62,182 bases of DNA, filler included, from a bacterium (GCA_043817485.1; 8 parts of 8 records of this genome joined end to end with filler, not necessarily neighbours in it), one strand, 5' to 3'. Shown: positions 19,848-30,840, numbered from the whole stretch's first letter. Translations and numbers: made by a program. The notes: a model not told the origin generated them from the letters alone.

Positions 19848-20723
19848 ATGAAAGGTATTATATTAGCTGGAGGAAGTGGAACAAGACTTTATCCAATTAC
19901 ACTTGGTATTTGTAAACAGCTTATTCCTCTTTATGATAAGCCTATGATTTATTATCCTTTGTCTATACTAATGTTAGCCGGAATAAAAGAAATTTTGATA
20001 ATTACTACTGCTTCTGATTTATCTCATTTTCAAGAAATATTTAAAGATGGGTCTCATTTAGGATTAAAAATTTCTTATAAAATACAATTTCAACCAAATG
20101 GTCTTGCAGAAGCATTTATATTAGGGGAAGAATTTATAGGCGATGATGATGTTTGTTTAATATTAGGCGATAATATTTTTTATGGACATGGTTTGCCAAA
20201 TTTATTTAAAAATGTTGTAAATGATGTAAAAACTATGAGAGGAGCAACTGTTTTTGGTTATTATGTTAAAGATCCAGAAAGATATGGAGTTATTGAATTT
20301 GATGAAAATAAAAAAGTTTTATCTGTTGAAGAAAAACCTCATAATCCCAAATCTAATTATATAATTACTGGTTTATATTTTTATGATAATCAAGTAATTG
20401 AAATTGCTAAAAATTTACAACCATCAAAAAGAGGGGAACTTGAAATTACAGATGTTAATAAAAAATATTTAGAAAAAGAAAAACTTAGAGTAAATCTTTT
20501 AGGGAGAGGATATGCTTGGCTTGATACTGGGACTTTTCAATCCCTTCTTGAAGCTGGTGAATTTATATCTGTTATTGAAAAAAGACAGGGCTTAAAAATA
20601 GCTTGTATAGAAGAAATTGCTTATTCTTTAGGATATATAGATAAAGAACAATTATTAAAACTTGCAGAACCTTTTAAAAAAAATTCTTATGGACAATATC
20701 TTTTTAAATTAATTCATTCGTAA
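19848..20723 (+). CDS. rfbA: Glucose-1-phosphate thymidylyltransferase
   Basis: [39 protein letters not shown]. Confidence 0.96.
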   Translation: MKGIILAGGSGTRLYPITLGICKQLIPLYDKPMIYYPLSILMLAGIKEILIITTASDLSHFQEIFKDGSHLGLKISYKIQFQPNGLAEAFILGEEFIGDDDVCLILGDNIFYGHGLPNLFKNVVNDVKTMRGATVFGYYVKDPERYGVIEFDENKKVLSVEEKPHNPKSNYIITGLYFYDNQVIEIAKNLQPSKRGELEITDVNKKYLEKEKLRVNLLGRGYAWLDTGTFQSLLEAGEFISVIEKRQGLKIACIEEIAYSLGYIDKEQLLKLAEPFKKNSYGQYLFKLIHS

Positions 20724-20738
20724 AAAATAGAAAAAAAC

Positions 20739-21623
20739 ATGAGAAAAAAAAGAAAATTTCGAATAAAAAGTAAAAAAAAGAATTTTTTCAAAAAAATATG
20801 GTTAAATATCAAAATTTTATTTTTTATTTTTTTAGTTTTAGGTGGTGGATTTTATATTAATCAAAATATAAAAACTTTTCCTTATTTTCAATTTCAAAAA
20901 ATTAATATTGTAGGACAAAAAACTTTATCAAAAAAAGAAATTTTAGATTTAGTTAGTTTAAGACAAAATATTTCTTTATTTTCAATAAATACCTCTTTAA
21001 TAAAAAAAAGAATTCTTGAACATCCTCAAATAAAATTAGCAAATATAACCAAAATATTTCCGGGAATATTAAAAATAAACATAGAAGAAAGAATTCCAGT
21101 AGTTTTGTTATCTCATTCATCTGGGAAAATTATTTTTGGAATAGATAAAGAAAAAATTATTTTTCCCATAAAAAAAGAATACTTGAATAGACCTTTCATA
21201 AAGGGATTAAAAAGAGAAAAAATTCAATTAGGAGTAGATAATAAAATTAAAGAAATTGATAGTATTATAAATTTTTTTGAAATAAATAATACAATTAATT
21301 CTTCTTTTTGGGGGAAAATATCTTATATAGATATTTCTAATTGGCCTAATTTAGATTTATATTTTAGAGATGAAACAGAACCTTTAATAAAATTAAGAGC
21401 AGATATAAATAAAAATAAATGGATGGTTTTTCTTAAACATTATAATTTTTTTAAAAATCAGGCAGAAAAAATTTTTTATATAGATTTGCGTTTTGGTGAT
21501 GATGTAATTATTCAAACACAAAATGAAAAAAAAATACTACAAGATCAAAATTCTTTAATTCCTTTAAAAGATTCATTAGAAAATAAAAATAATGTTATTA
21601 ATAAAAATATTTCTAACCATTAA
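20739..21623 (+). CDS. ftsQ: Cell division protein FtsQ/DivIB-like
   Basis: Basic N-terminus, one TM, POTRA (KIFPGILKINIEERIP), C-terminal YIDLRF. Confidence 0.8.
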   Translation: MRKKRKFRIKSKKKNFFKKIWLNIKILFFIFLVLGGGFYINQNIKTFPYFQFQKINIVGQKTLSKKEILDLVSLRQNISLFSINTSLIKKRILEHPQIKLANITKIFPGILKINIEERIPVVLLSHSSGKIIFGIDKEKIIFPIKKEYLNRPFIKGLKREKIQLGVDNKIKEIDSIINFFEINNTINSSFWGKISYIDISNWPNLDLYFRDETEPLIKLRADINKNKWMVFLKHYNFFKNQAEKIFYIDLRFGDDVIIQTQNEKKILQDQNSLIPLKDSLENKNNVINKNISNH

Positions 21624-21818
21624 AAAAATCTTGACTTTTTGGAAGAGGGGTATACAGGGAACTAAAGGATTAAAGTTTATGAAAGAGAAATTAGTAAGAA
21701 TAAAAATAGATGAAAAATATTTTAAAATTATAATTACAAATTTTTGTATTTTAGTTATTTTTTGCCAAAGTGTTATTATCTTTTGGAATGTAATTTAATT
21801 TCAAATATATTGTTTTAG

Positions 21819-21841
21819 ATTTTGGTCATTCGAATTTGTTT
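21819..21841 (+). repeat. Dispersed 23-nt repeat within a heptamer-like tract; exact inverted copy at 56396-56418
   Basis: ATTTTGGTCATTCGAATTTGTTT. Confidence 0.75.
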
Positions 21842-21892
21842 TGAATTTCGAATTTCGATATTTGTATTTTATCTGTTTTATAAGAGAGGTAT

Positions 21893-24800
21893 ATGTTGAA
21901 GAAAAAAAATCTTATTTTAAAAGTTTTTTTAATTATAATGATATTTTTAAATTCAATTTTTGCTAATCAAAAAAATGAATCTTTATTGCAAAAAGAAGAA
22001 CAATATTATGAAAAAGAAACTAAAGAAATAAAAGAACTTAAATCTACATTGATTAAAGAAAAATCTGATTTAGTAAATTTGCTTAATAAATTACTTATTT
22101 TAAAAACAGCTATTTCTTATACTAATGAAAATGAACAAATGATTGTAGAAATTGATAAAAAATGTGATGAAGTTAGAAAATTAATTCATAAAATTATTCC
22201 TGCAGAACCTTTAAAAGAACAAAATATTTCTGCAAGAATGGAATTTAGAAAAGCACTTAATTATTATAAAAAAGAAAACTATTTAATTTGTATTTCTTTG
22301 CTTTTACATATCTTGGAATCTTATCCTAAATTTCCAAATAAAGATGATTGTATTTTTTTATTAGGAGAATGCTTTTATGGATTAGATGATATGGCTAAAG
22401 CAGAAAATGAATATAAAAAAATTTTAGAACTATATCCAAATTCTAAATATCTTCCTCATAGTTTATTTGCTCTTCAAATGATTCAATATAAATCTGAAAA
22501 TTATGAAGAATCTTTATATTTTTATTCCTTGATACCTAAAAAATATTTTTCTTTATCTATTACAGAACCAAGTCATTATATTGCTGGATTAAGTTATTAT
22601 CATTTAGAAATGTTTGATGAAGCAATAGAAGTAATTAAAAATATTGATAAAAAAAGTAAATATTATGGAATTACTCAACAGTTAACAGGAATGCTTTATA
22701 TTAAAAAAGGAGATTTATATAAATCTATTAAATGTTTTGAAAAAATTATTGATAATTGTTCTCCAAGTAGAGCTGCAGAAAATGAACTTATAAAAATAGC
22801 ACATCTTAATTTAGGATATCTTTATTATGAAACAAATAATTTTTCGTATGCACTTAAAGAATTTAGTTTAATTGCTAAAAAAAATAATAAATATTATTAT
22901 GATGATGCTTTGTTTGGTTTGGCTTGGACATATATAAAATATAACAATTATTCTGTTGCTATAGATATTTTAAATAAGCTTATTAATGAAGTCCCTAATA
23001 GTGATTTAGTTTTGGATTCTCAAATTACTATTGGAGATTTGTATTTGAAAAAAAGGGATTATGATACGGCATATAAATTTTATCAAAATATAAAAGATAA
23101 TATTTTTTCTAAAATGTCTGTTGAAATAAAAAAAGGAAAAGATTTTATAAAAACATTGGAAGAAGAATGTAAAAATTTGAACGAAAATATAGAATCTTTA
23201 CAAAAATTAGCTGTTTCTATGCAAGGCCAAAAACAAGAATTAAATTATGAAAAAATTGTTATTAATATAAATAATTTTAAATTTCTTTATAAACAAATTC
23301 TTCGTTCTAAAAAATCTTTAGAAAACAAAGTAGCAAAACAATCAATTTTTTTACAAAATGGGATTGAAAAAGCAGAATATGGAATAAGTACATTATCTTT
23401 TATTAAGGCCGAAGAATTTGACAAAGAAATTCAAAAATTATCTAAAAAAATAAATGAAGAAAAAGAAAAACTTGAAAAACAAGGATTAGAAAAAAAAGTT
23501 TTTGAAGAAAAAATATCTTTTATAGAGAAAAATTTTGAGAAAGAAATTGATAAAATTGAAAATCAACAGCAAGAATGTAGAAAAAAAACACTTGTTTTAT
23601 ATCAACAATTTGAAAAAAAATTCCCAGATAGTAAATTAATGTCAGGAGTTCTGTATCATATTGCTCATTTATATTTAGAAGATGCAAATTTTAAATATAA
23701 AAAAGAAATGCAAAATTATGAAGCAGAATATGAAAAATATGAACAAAATTTAGTAAAAACTTTGCCATTAGAACCTTTACATGATTATAGAGAAACTATT
23801 AAAATATATGAAAATTTGATACAAAAATATCCCGATAATAAATTTACTAGTGCAAGTATGTATGAATTAGGTTATTGTTTAAATGAACAAGGAGAACGAT
23901 TAAAAGCAAAAAATATTTTTGAAAAATTTGTTGAAAAATTTTCAGATAGTTCATATGCAGCAGAAGTATGGCTTAGATTAGGAGAATATTATTTTGATGA
24001 AGGACCAATAGAAAAAGCTGTAAGTTGTTATGAAAAAGTACTTTCTTTTTGGGATAGTATATATTTTGATAAAGCTCTTTATAAATTAGGATGGACATAT
24101 TATCGTTTAAGTAATTATTCTGGAGCAATCAGTTCTTTTATTTTTTTACTTGAAGATGGTTATCTTTCTGAAAAATTTGGAAAAGATTCTTTGAAAACAA
24201 GTGTTGATTTAAAAGATGAAGCATTAGAATATATTGCTATAAGTTTTTGTGAATTTGTAGATGTTCATAAAGTAAAAGAATTTTTAACAGAATTAGGAGA
24301 AAGGCCTTATAATATAGAAATACTTTATAGAATGGCGAATATTTATGCAAAATTGAATAAAAATACTAAAGCCATTGATGTATGTAATTTATTATTACAA
24401 ACTTATCCTAATTCTTCTTTGTGTCCAGAAATTCAAAAAACAATTATTGAATGTTATGAAAAAGAAAAAGATTTTGTAAATGCTATTATTGCCAGAGAAA
24501 AAATTGTAGCAAATTATAGTAAAGATTCTGAATGGGTTAAAAAAAATCCTAATGCAAAAATAAATGAAATAAATCAATTAAGAGAAAAATCTGCATATAT
24601 TGTAAGTTCATATTATCATATGCAAGCAGAAAAAAATAAAAATAATGAAACATGCGAAATTGCTATTCAAAAATATAAAAATTATTTAACAGAATTTCCA
24701 TCTAATGAAAAATCTTATGAATTAAATTATAGATTAGCAGAATGTCTTTATTTTGTTGGAAAATATGATGAAGCATATAATGAATATCTAAAAATAAGTA

Positions 24801-27193
24801 ATTATGAAAAAACAGAATATAAAGAAATATCTTGTAATAATGCTATTGTTTGTGCCCAAAAAATATTAGGAGAAGACTTTTTTAAAGAAGAAATAAAAAA
24901 AATTGAAGAAAAATCATCAGAAGAAATTAAAAAAGAAGAAACCGCTCAAATTGTTCAAAAAGAATTAACAAAAGAAGCTTTAAATTTTATTATTGCTTGT
25001 GAAAATTATGTTAAAAAATTTCCAAATAAAGAAAATGTTCCAGAAATAATTTCAAAAATAGGTGCTTTATATTATAAATTTGGGTATTTAGAAAAATCGC
25101 GAATAGAATATTTGAAAATAATAGAAAATTATCCCGAAAGTAAAATTGCAACTTCTTCTAATAAATGGATTGCTCGAAGTTTTTATGAAGAAAAAAAATA
25201 TGAAGAAGCAGAAAAATGGTTTAAAGTATTATATCAAACATCTATTGAAACAAATCTTAAAACTGAAGGGTCTCTTGGAATGGCTCAATCAGCGTATTTA
25301 CAAGCAGATTCTTTAAAAGAAAAAGGAAATTTTGCTGAAGCAGCTTTGGCTTATGAAAAAGTAACAAAAAATTATCCCGAATATAAATTTAGCGATCAAG
25401 CATTATTTAATGCATCTTTAAATTATGAAAAAATAAATGATTTTGTTAAAGCAAATATTTGTTATGAAAATTTATTTAATGCTTATATTGCATCTAAATA
25501 TGCACCTTCTGCATTATTTAATGCTGCAACAAATTGTTTTGAAAAACTTTTAGATTATAAAAATGCTTCCAGATTATATAATTTATTAGCAGAAAAATTT
25601 CCAAATGATAAAAATGCTTCTTCTTCTTTATATAATGTAGCTTTATGTTATAATAAATTAGAAAATAAAGAAGAAAGTGCTTTTTATTTAGAAAAATTAG
25701 CAGATAAATATCCAAACAAAGAAGAGTCAAAAGAATCTTTATTTAATGCAGGTCGAATATATGAAGACAAAAAAGATTTGGAATCTACTATTCGAGTATT
25801 TTCAAAATTTAGTCAAAGATATTTTTCGGATATTCGAGTAATTCATTCTTTATGTGCTGTTGGATTTGCATATTATGAATTAAAAAATTATCAAGAAGCC
25901 AAATTATTTTTTGATAAATTAGAAGAAATTTATAAAAAATTACAAATAGAAGAAAAAGAAAAATATCTTTCTTATATAGCTAAAGCAAATTTTATGCGAG
26001 CAGAAATATCTTTAGCAAATTATTTGAATTACAACATAACCTTGCCTTTAATCAAATCTATAAAAACAAAAGTTGAATTAAGAGATAATGTTCTTAATTT
26101 TTATGAAAATACAGCTAAATTACAAATAGAAGAATGGACTATTCAATCTATTTATAAAATCGGCTTTATTTGGGAAAATTTTGCTAATGCAATTATTAAA
26201 TCTCCTATTCCAGAATTAGAAAAAGGAATAACTGTTGAAAATTATATGTTGGATTTAAAAAATCAAATGTTAATACATAAATATACTGCTATTAATACTT
26301 ATAAAAAAAACATAGAATTTAATGTGAATAATATTTGGATTGAAAAATCAAAAGAAGGAATAAAAAGAATTTGTGAAGAAATTTATACCATTTGTGAAGA
26401 TTATATTAAAACTGGAGAAAAAAAACAATATTCTGAATATTCTGGCTCTAAAAAATCTTTTTTGGAAATTTTTAAATATAAAGTTGGAAAAAAAGAAGAA
26501 GCAATAACATTTTTTGAAAATACTGTAAAAATAATAAATAATATCAAATTAAATCTTTCTAAATATAATCTTGAAAATGAAGAAACAAAAAAAATTAAAG
26601 AAATATTTTTTAAAGTACAAATAAAAACAGGAGAAATTTATGAAGAAATATCAGAACTTTATTTAAAATCTGAAATTCCTTCTAAACTTTCATCTGAAGA
26701 ACTTTTTTCTTATTTAACTCAAGTAAAACAAAAAGCAGTAGAATATATTCAAAAAGCTATTTCTGTTTATGAAAAAAATATAGAAAAAAAATCTGATAAA
26801 AATGAATGGAATTTAAAAAATACAGAATATTTAATGAGAGTATATTATAAATTAGGTACAATATATGAAGAAATAATTACTTTAATTGCTAATTATGAAA
26901 GACCAAAAGATTTATCTCCAGAACAGTTAGAAGAACTTAATTTTCAATTAGAAGAATTATCTATGAGTATAGAAGATAAAGTAATATCTTCATATAATAC
27001 AGCTTTAACAAAAGCAAAAAATGAATTTATTGAAAATGAATGGGTAGAAAAAATTAAACAAAAATTAACTCGATTAAATCCAGATAATCCTTTATTAAAA
27101 TCAAAAACAGAAAATCCAATTTCTTCTAATACATCTATTTCTAAAGAAAATATTCCTTTTTCAAAAATAGAAAAACCAGAAGAAAAAAAATAA
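21893..27193 (+). CDS. Giant secreted TPR protein, GltD/AgmU-like C-terminus
   Basis: Signal peptide; many YP.S...A-type TPRs; C-terminal RPKDLSPEQLEEL...IEDK...NEWVEK...LNP. Confidence 0.8.
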   Translation: MLKKKNLILKVFLIIMIFLNSIFANQKNESLLQKEEQYYEKETKEIKELKSTLIKEKSDLVNLLNKLLILKTAISYTNENEQMIVEIDKKCDEVRKLIHKIIPAEPLKEQNISARMEFRKALNYYKKENYLICISLLLHILESYPKFPNKDDCIFLLGECFYGLDDMAKAENEYKKILELYPNSKYLPHSLFALQMIQYKSENYEESLYFYSLIPKKYFSLSITEPSHYIAGLSYYHLEMFDEAIEVIKNIDKKSKYYGITQQLTGMLYIKKGDLYKSIKCFEKIIDNCSPSRAAENELIKIAHLNLGYLYYETNNFSYALKEFSLIAKKNNKYYYDDALFGLAWTYIKYNNYSVAIDILNKLINEVPNSDLVLDSQITIGDLYLKKRDYDTAYKFYQNIKDNIFSKMSVEIKKGKDFIKTLEEECKNLNENIESLQKLAVSMQGQKQELNYEKIVININNFKFLYKQILRSKKSLENKVAKQSIFLQNGIEKAEYGISTLSFIKAEEFDKEIQKLSKKINEEKEKLEKQGLEKKVFEEKISFIEKNFEKEIDKIENQQQECRKKTLVLYQQFEKKFPDSKLMSGVLYHIAHLYLEDANFKYKKEMQNYEAEYEKYEQNLVKTLPLEPLHDYRETIKIYENLIQKYPDNKFTSASMYELGYCLNEQGERLKAKNIFEKFVEKFSDSSYAAEVWLRLGEYYFDEGPIEKAVSCYEKVLSFWDSIYFDKALYKLGWTYYRLSNYSGAISSFIFLLEDGYLSEKFGKDSLKTSVDLKDEALEYIAISFCEFVDVHKVKEFLTELGERPYNIEILYRMANIYAKLNKNTKAIDVCNLLLQTYPNSSLCPEIQKTIIECYEKEKDFVNAIIAREKIVANYSKDSEWVKKNPNAKINEINQLREKSAYIVSSYYHMQAEKNKNNETCEIAIQKYKNYLTEFPSNEKSYELNYRLAECLYFVGKYDEAYNEYLKISNYEKTEYKEISCNNAIVCAQKILGEDFFKEEIKKIEEKSSEEIKKEETAQIVQKELTKEALNFIIACENYVKKFPNKENVPEIISKIGALYYKFGYLEKSRIEYLKIIENYPESKIATSSNKWIARSFYEEKKYEEAEKWFKVLYQTSIETNLKTEGSLGMAQSAYLQADSLKEKGNFAEAALAYEKVTKNYPEYKFSDQALFNASLNYEKINDFVKANICYENLFNAYIASKYAPSALFNAATNCFEKLLDYKNASRLYNLLAEKFPNDKNASSSLYNVALCYNKLENKEESAFYLEKLADKYPNKEESKESLFNAGRIYEDKKDLESTIRVFSKFSQRYFSDIRVIHSLCAVGFAYYELKNYQEAKLFFDKLEEIYKKLQIEEKEKYLSYIAKANFMRAEISLANYLNYNITLPLIKSIKTKVELRDNVLNFYENTAKLQIEEWTIQSIYKIGFIWENFANAIIKSPIPELEKGITVENYMLDLKNQMLIHKYTAINTYKKNIEFNVNNIWIEKSKEGIKRICEEIYTICEDYIKTGEKKQYSEYSGSKKSFLEIFKYKVGKKEEAITFFENTVKIINNIKLNLSKYNLENEETKKIKEIFFKVQIKTGEIYEEISELYLKSEIPSKLSSEELFSYLTQVKQKAVEYIQKAISVYEKNIEKKSDKNEWNLKNTEYLMRVYYKLGTIYEEIITLIANYERPKDLSPEQLEELNFQLEELSMSIEDKVISSYNTALTKAKNEFIENEWVEKIKQKLTRLNPDNPLLKSKTENPISSNTSISKENIPFSKIEKPEEKK

Positions 27194-27205
27194 AAGAGGT
27201 GCATT

Positions 27206-27466
27206 ATGAACAAAATTATATTTATTTTTTTAATTGTGTTTTATTTTACAATTCCTATTTTTGCAGAAGAAGAAAAAAGTTCAGAATCAAAAACAAAAAG
27301 TAAAGAAATTGTTATGGAAGAAATAGAAATTGTTGGAAAAATAGAAAAACCTCAAGCAATATATATAATTCCTAAAGCAAAATCTGAATTAGAATTAGAA
27401 GATGTAGATTTAAGTAAATCTTTTATTGATGATATCATAGAACCATTGGATCCATTAAACAATTAG
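27206..27466 (+). CDS. Small secreted CglF/GltF-like protein
   Basis: Signal peptide; EEIEIVGKIEKPQAIYIIPK...KSFIDDI; context of TPR and ExbBD genes. Confidence 0.65.
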   Translation: MNKIIFIFLIVFYFTIPIFAEEEKSSESKTKSKEIVMEEIEIVGKIEKPQAIYIIPKAKSELELEDVDLSKSFIDDIIEPLDPLNN

Positions 27467-27567
27467 GCAATTATATATATAACGGCAAAAAATAGTTAAC
27501 AAACAATTCAAAAAAAATATGCAAGTAGATGTATTTATGGATAAAGTTAAGTTTTTATATATATATT

Positions 27568-27647
27568 AAAGCCTGAAGGGCTGATATTATTATAGCAATT
27601 ATTAAATAATTACCAATTAAAACCCCGAAGGGGTAACATTGTTGTAG
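27568..27647 (+). repeat. Two REP-like hairpin repeats
   Basis: AAGCCTGAAGGGCTGATATTATTATAG and AACCCCGAAGGGGTAACATTGTTGTAG; the second matches 37684-37710 at 24/27 nt. Confidence 0.7.
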
Positions 27648-27682
27648 ATTGATTTTGTTATTCATAAAATAATGAGTGAAAA

Positions 27683-28345
27683 ATGAAAAAATATGAATTA
27701 ATTTTATTAGTAATGTGTTTATTTTTCAATGGTTGTTCTTATTACTGTCGAAGTCCAGTTTTTCAAAGTGCAAGTATTTTAGAGAAAAAAGATAGTAGTC
27801 AAGAACTAAATGGAAATACATTTAAATTGTTTTCTGAAAATAAAGATGAAGATATGTTGTCATATTTAGATTTTGCTATTAAAAAAGGAATAAGCGACAA
27901 ATTGGAATTAGGAGTGAGATTAATTGGGTGTCCTATTTTTCATCTTTCGGTATTAAGAGGAGAAGGAAAATATCAATTTTTTAAAAGTAATGGAAATGCA
28001 GCATCTTTAATATTTGGAATTGCTCCAGGGCTTGGAGGAGATATAGGATTAGTTATTGGCAAAAACTTTGGAGAAAAAATAAATTTATCATTAGGTTGTC
28101 AATATGGAATAGATAAAGGCAGCATAGCTTGGTATGGTAGTTTTTTTAATGGAAATTATACTGATTATAAAATTATTTTTATAGAATTAAGTAGTGGATT
28201 AGAAATAGTTTTAGATAATAAAAGCCGTATTAATTTTTGTATTTCTTATCCGCAGTCACTTACAAATTCTTGTCCTATAAAAAGAATTTTTTATAGTCTT
28301 GGTTTTAAACAAATAATTAAATATGAAAAAATAATCGAAAAATGA
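27683..28345 (+). CDS. Hypothetical lipoprotein, beta-strand-rich (outer-membrane-like)
   Basis: Lipobox FNGC; alternating hydrophobic/Gly strands. Confidence 0.6.
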   Translation: MKKYELILLVMCLFFNGCSYYCRSPVFQSASILEKKDSSQELNGNTFKLFSENKDEDMLSYLDFAIKKGISDKLELGVRLIGCPIFHLSVLRGEGKYQFFKSNGNAASLIFGIAPGLGGDIGLVIGKNFGEKINLSLGCQYGIDKGSIAWYGSFFNGNYTDYKIIFIELSSGLEIVLDNKSRINFCISYPQSLTNSCPIKRIFYSLGFKQIIKYEKIIEK

Positions 28346-29295
28346 AATATAAAATAATTATTTTACTTATTATAATAAATATATTTTTTGTAGGATGTTT
28401 GAATAAACAACAGATTGTTTTGCCAGAATCAAAAACTTCCACAAAATTTAATGAAACTCCTATTTTTTTAGGACTTTATAATTTTCAAGATCTTCGTCCA
28501 GATTATCAAAAAACAAATTTTTCGATAGATGATTTTGCTGAAATTGTAAAACAAAGTGTTGAAAAAATCGAAAATTTTATAATTGTAAAAGAACCATTTT
28601 TTTCTCAACAAATAAATATTTCTTTTCAAGGACAGATAAGAATATTGGAAATTAAATCTATAATTAATATGGAATATAATTTTCAGTTAATCAATTTAAA
28701 AACAAATGAAATTTTTAACTCTACAACAATAAATAAAAAATGGAAATTTGTATGGTCTATTTTTTCAGAAAAAAAGTTTAGACAAAAAGTCAAAGAAGAA
28801 ACAGAAAAAGAAATAAAAAAATTTTTAAAAGAAAATAAGCAAATGATGATTGAAGCAATGAATGCAGAAAAACATAATAATAGAATAGTTGTTTTACCTT
28901 TTATAAATTTAGATAAAGAATCTATTAGAGAAAAGTATGGAGAAATAATTTCTTTATTACTAATGCCAAAATTAGTAGAAAAAACAAATGATTATGGTAT
29001 TATTGAAAGAGGAGAAATTCGCAGAATATTAGAAAAAGCAATATTTTCTGATTTAAAACTCAATGATTTGACAACGATTAAAAAAATAAGTGAATTATCA
29101 AATTCTGAAATAGTTGTTTTTGGAGAAGTTTTAAAAAAGAAAAATATTATAATAAAATTATATTTATGGAAAAAAAATGAAGAAAAAATTATTGATACTA
29201 TTGTTCAAGAGTGTAAAAAAGAAGAAGAATTTAATGAAGTAGTAAATAAAATAGTAGATGATTTTTTTGTTAAATTAGGGAAAAAAAAAGAGTAA
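28342..29295 (+). CDS. Lipoprotein with C-terminal CsgG/FlgO/TolB-N-like domain
   Basis: Lipobox FVGC; RIVVLPFINL, IIERGEIRRIL, VVFGEV. Confidence 0.65.
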   Translation: MKYKIIILLIIINIFFVGCLNKQQIVLPESKTSTKFNETPIFLGLYNFQDLRPDYQKTNFSIDDFAEIVKQSVEKIENFIIVKEPFFSQQINISFQGQIRILEIKSIINMEYNFQLINLKTNEIFNSTTINKKWKFVWSIFSEKKFRQKVKEETEKEIKKFLKENKQMMIEAMNAEKHNNRIVVLPFINLDKESIREKYGEIISLLLMPKLVEKTNDYGIIERGEIRRILEKAIFSDLKLNDLTTIKKISELSNSEIVVFGEVLKKKNIIIKLYLWKKNEEKIIDTIVQECKKEEEFNEVVNKIVDDFFVKLGKKKE

Positions 29296-29381
29296 AATCA
29301 TTATTTTTTTACAATGCTTTACAATTAGAAACTTTTATGTTATTTTTTCAAAATAGTTGAAATGAAATATCAAAAAAAAAT

Positions 29382-29410
29382 TTGACAAAATAGCTGGAAA
29401 ATAATAAAAT
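29382..29410 (+). promoter_or_regulatory. Sigma70 promoter upstream of exbB-like gene
   Basis: TTGACA-17 nt-TAAAAT; a second TTGACA at 29563. Confidence 0.55.
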
Positions 29411-29640
29411 AAAAGTCGATGTGAAAAGAAAAAAAAGAGGTAATAAAAGAATTAATTTCAGAAAATGATTTTATAAACAAAACAAAAAAAGAGAATGTTT
29501 TGGCATCTCAATTTGTAACCATATCTTGAAGCCATAATATTTAATAAAATTTGAAAAAAATGTTGACAATTTAACAAAAAAATTATTATTTATTAAAACA
29601 TATTTAACAAAAAAAATTAATTTTTCAAGGAGGTTTCGCA

Positions 29641-30264
29641 ATGAAAGAAATGTTAGATTTCTTTAAAGAAGGTGGTTCTGCAATGTGGCCTATTTTAGGA
29701 TGTTCTTTATGGGGAATATCTATTATTATAGAAAGAGCATATTTTTTATTGTATCGCTCTCGTGTAAATGCTCGGAGATTTATGGATGTAATGGTAAAAT
29801 ACATTAATGCTGGATTATATGATCAAGCATTGAAAATTTGCACAGATAGTACAGCTCCATTACCAAAAATATGTAAAGTAATTTTATTGAAACATAAAGA
29901 ATCCGAAAGAAGTATTCAAGATGCAGTAGATGAAGTAGCTTTAGTAGAAATTCCTTTATTAAATAAAAGAACTCATTATTTAGGAATGTTGGCTAATACA
30001 TCTACATTATTGGGACTTTTAGGTACTATTTTTGGATTAATTTCAGCATTTAAAGCTGTAGCAATAGCATCAGCAGCTCAAAAAGCAATGTTTTTGGCAA
30101 AAGGAATAAGTGTTGCTATGAATACTACCGCTTTTGGTCTTTGCGTAGGTATTCCTTGTTTAGTATTTTATTCTATATTTCAAGGGTATACTGAAAAAAT
30201 CATAAATGATATTGATGAATGTTCAGTAAAGCTTATTAATTTAATTATCTTAAGACAGAGGTAG
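29641..30264 (+). CDS. MotA/TolQ/ExbB proton channel (AglR-like)
   Basis: EGGSAMWPI, TLLGLLGTIFGLI, GISVAMNTTAFGL; AAGGAGG RBS. Confidence 0.93.
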   Translation: MKEMLDFFKEGGSAMWPILGCSLWGISIIIERAYFLLYRSRVNARRFMDVMVKYINAGLYDQALKICTDSTAPLPKICKVILLKHKESERSIQDAVDEVALVEIPLLNKRTHYLGMLANTSTLLGLLGTIFGLISAFKAVAIASAAQKAMFLAKGISVAMNTTAFGLCVGIPCLVFYSIFQGYTEKIINDIDECSVKLINLIILRQR

Positions 30265-30266
30265 AA

Positions 30267-30746
30267 ATGGCTTTCCCAGCATCCAAAAGAAGACATTATG
30301 TAAAAAATGAATGCAATTTAAATGTTATTCCCGTACTAAATTTATTTAGTAGTTTAATTCCATTTTTGCTTTTATGTACAGTTTTTGCATCTACAGCAGT
30401 TATTCAACTTTCTTTGCCTACCGCAGAAGATGGAAATGGTATAAATAATAATGGTGCAACAAAAGAAGAAAGACAATCTTTAAATTTATCTATAGTAATT
30501 ACAGATAAAGGATTTTTAATTGCAGGTAGTAATGCTATTTTGCCCCTTATTCCTAAAGTAAATGGTAATTATAATTTTGAAGAATTAGCGAATCAATTAA
30601 AAAATGTTAAAGCAAAATTTTCTTATCAACAAGATATTATTTTAGTTTGTGAAAAAAATATTATTTATGATTTAGTTATTAAAGTAATGGATATATCCAA
30701 AGAAACTGGTTTTCCTAATATTGCTTTATCTGGAAGAATACAATAA
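30267..30746 (+). CDS. ExbD/TolR family protein (TM Asp replaced by Asn)
   Basis: LNVIPVLNLFSSLIPFLL; YDLVIKVMD...GFPNIAL. Confidence 0.88.
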   Translation: MAFPASKRRHYVKNECNLNVIPVLNLFSSLIPFLLLCTVFASTAVIQLSLPTAEDGNGINNNGATKEERQSLNLSIVITDKGFLIAGSNAILPLIPKVNGNYNFEELANQLKNVKAKFSYQQDIILVCEKNIIYDLVIKVMDISKETGFPNIALSGRIQ

Positions 30747-30840
30747 TTTTTTGTCATAGTTTTATATGTAAAATATTTTTTTTGTTAAAGAAAAAAAATT
30801 AAAAATAAATTTGATATAATTATTTGAGGTATTTAAAATA

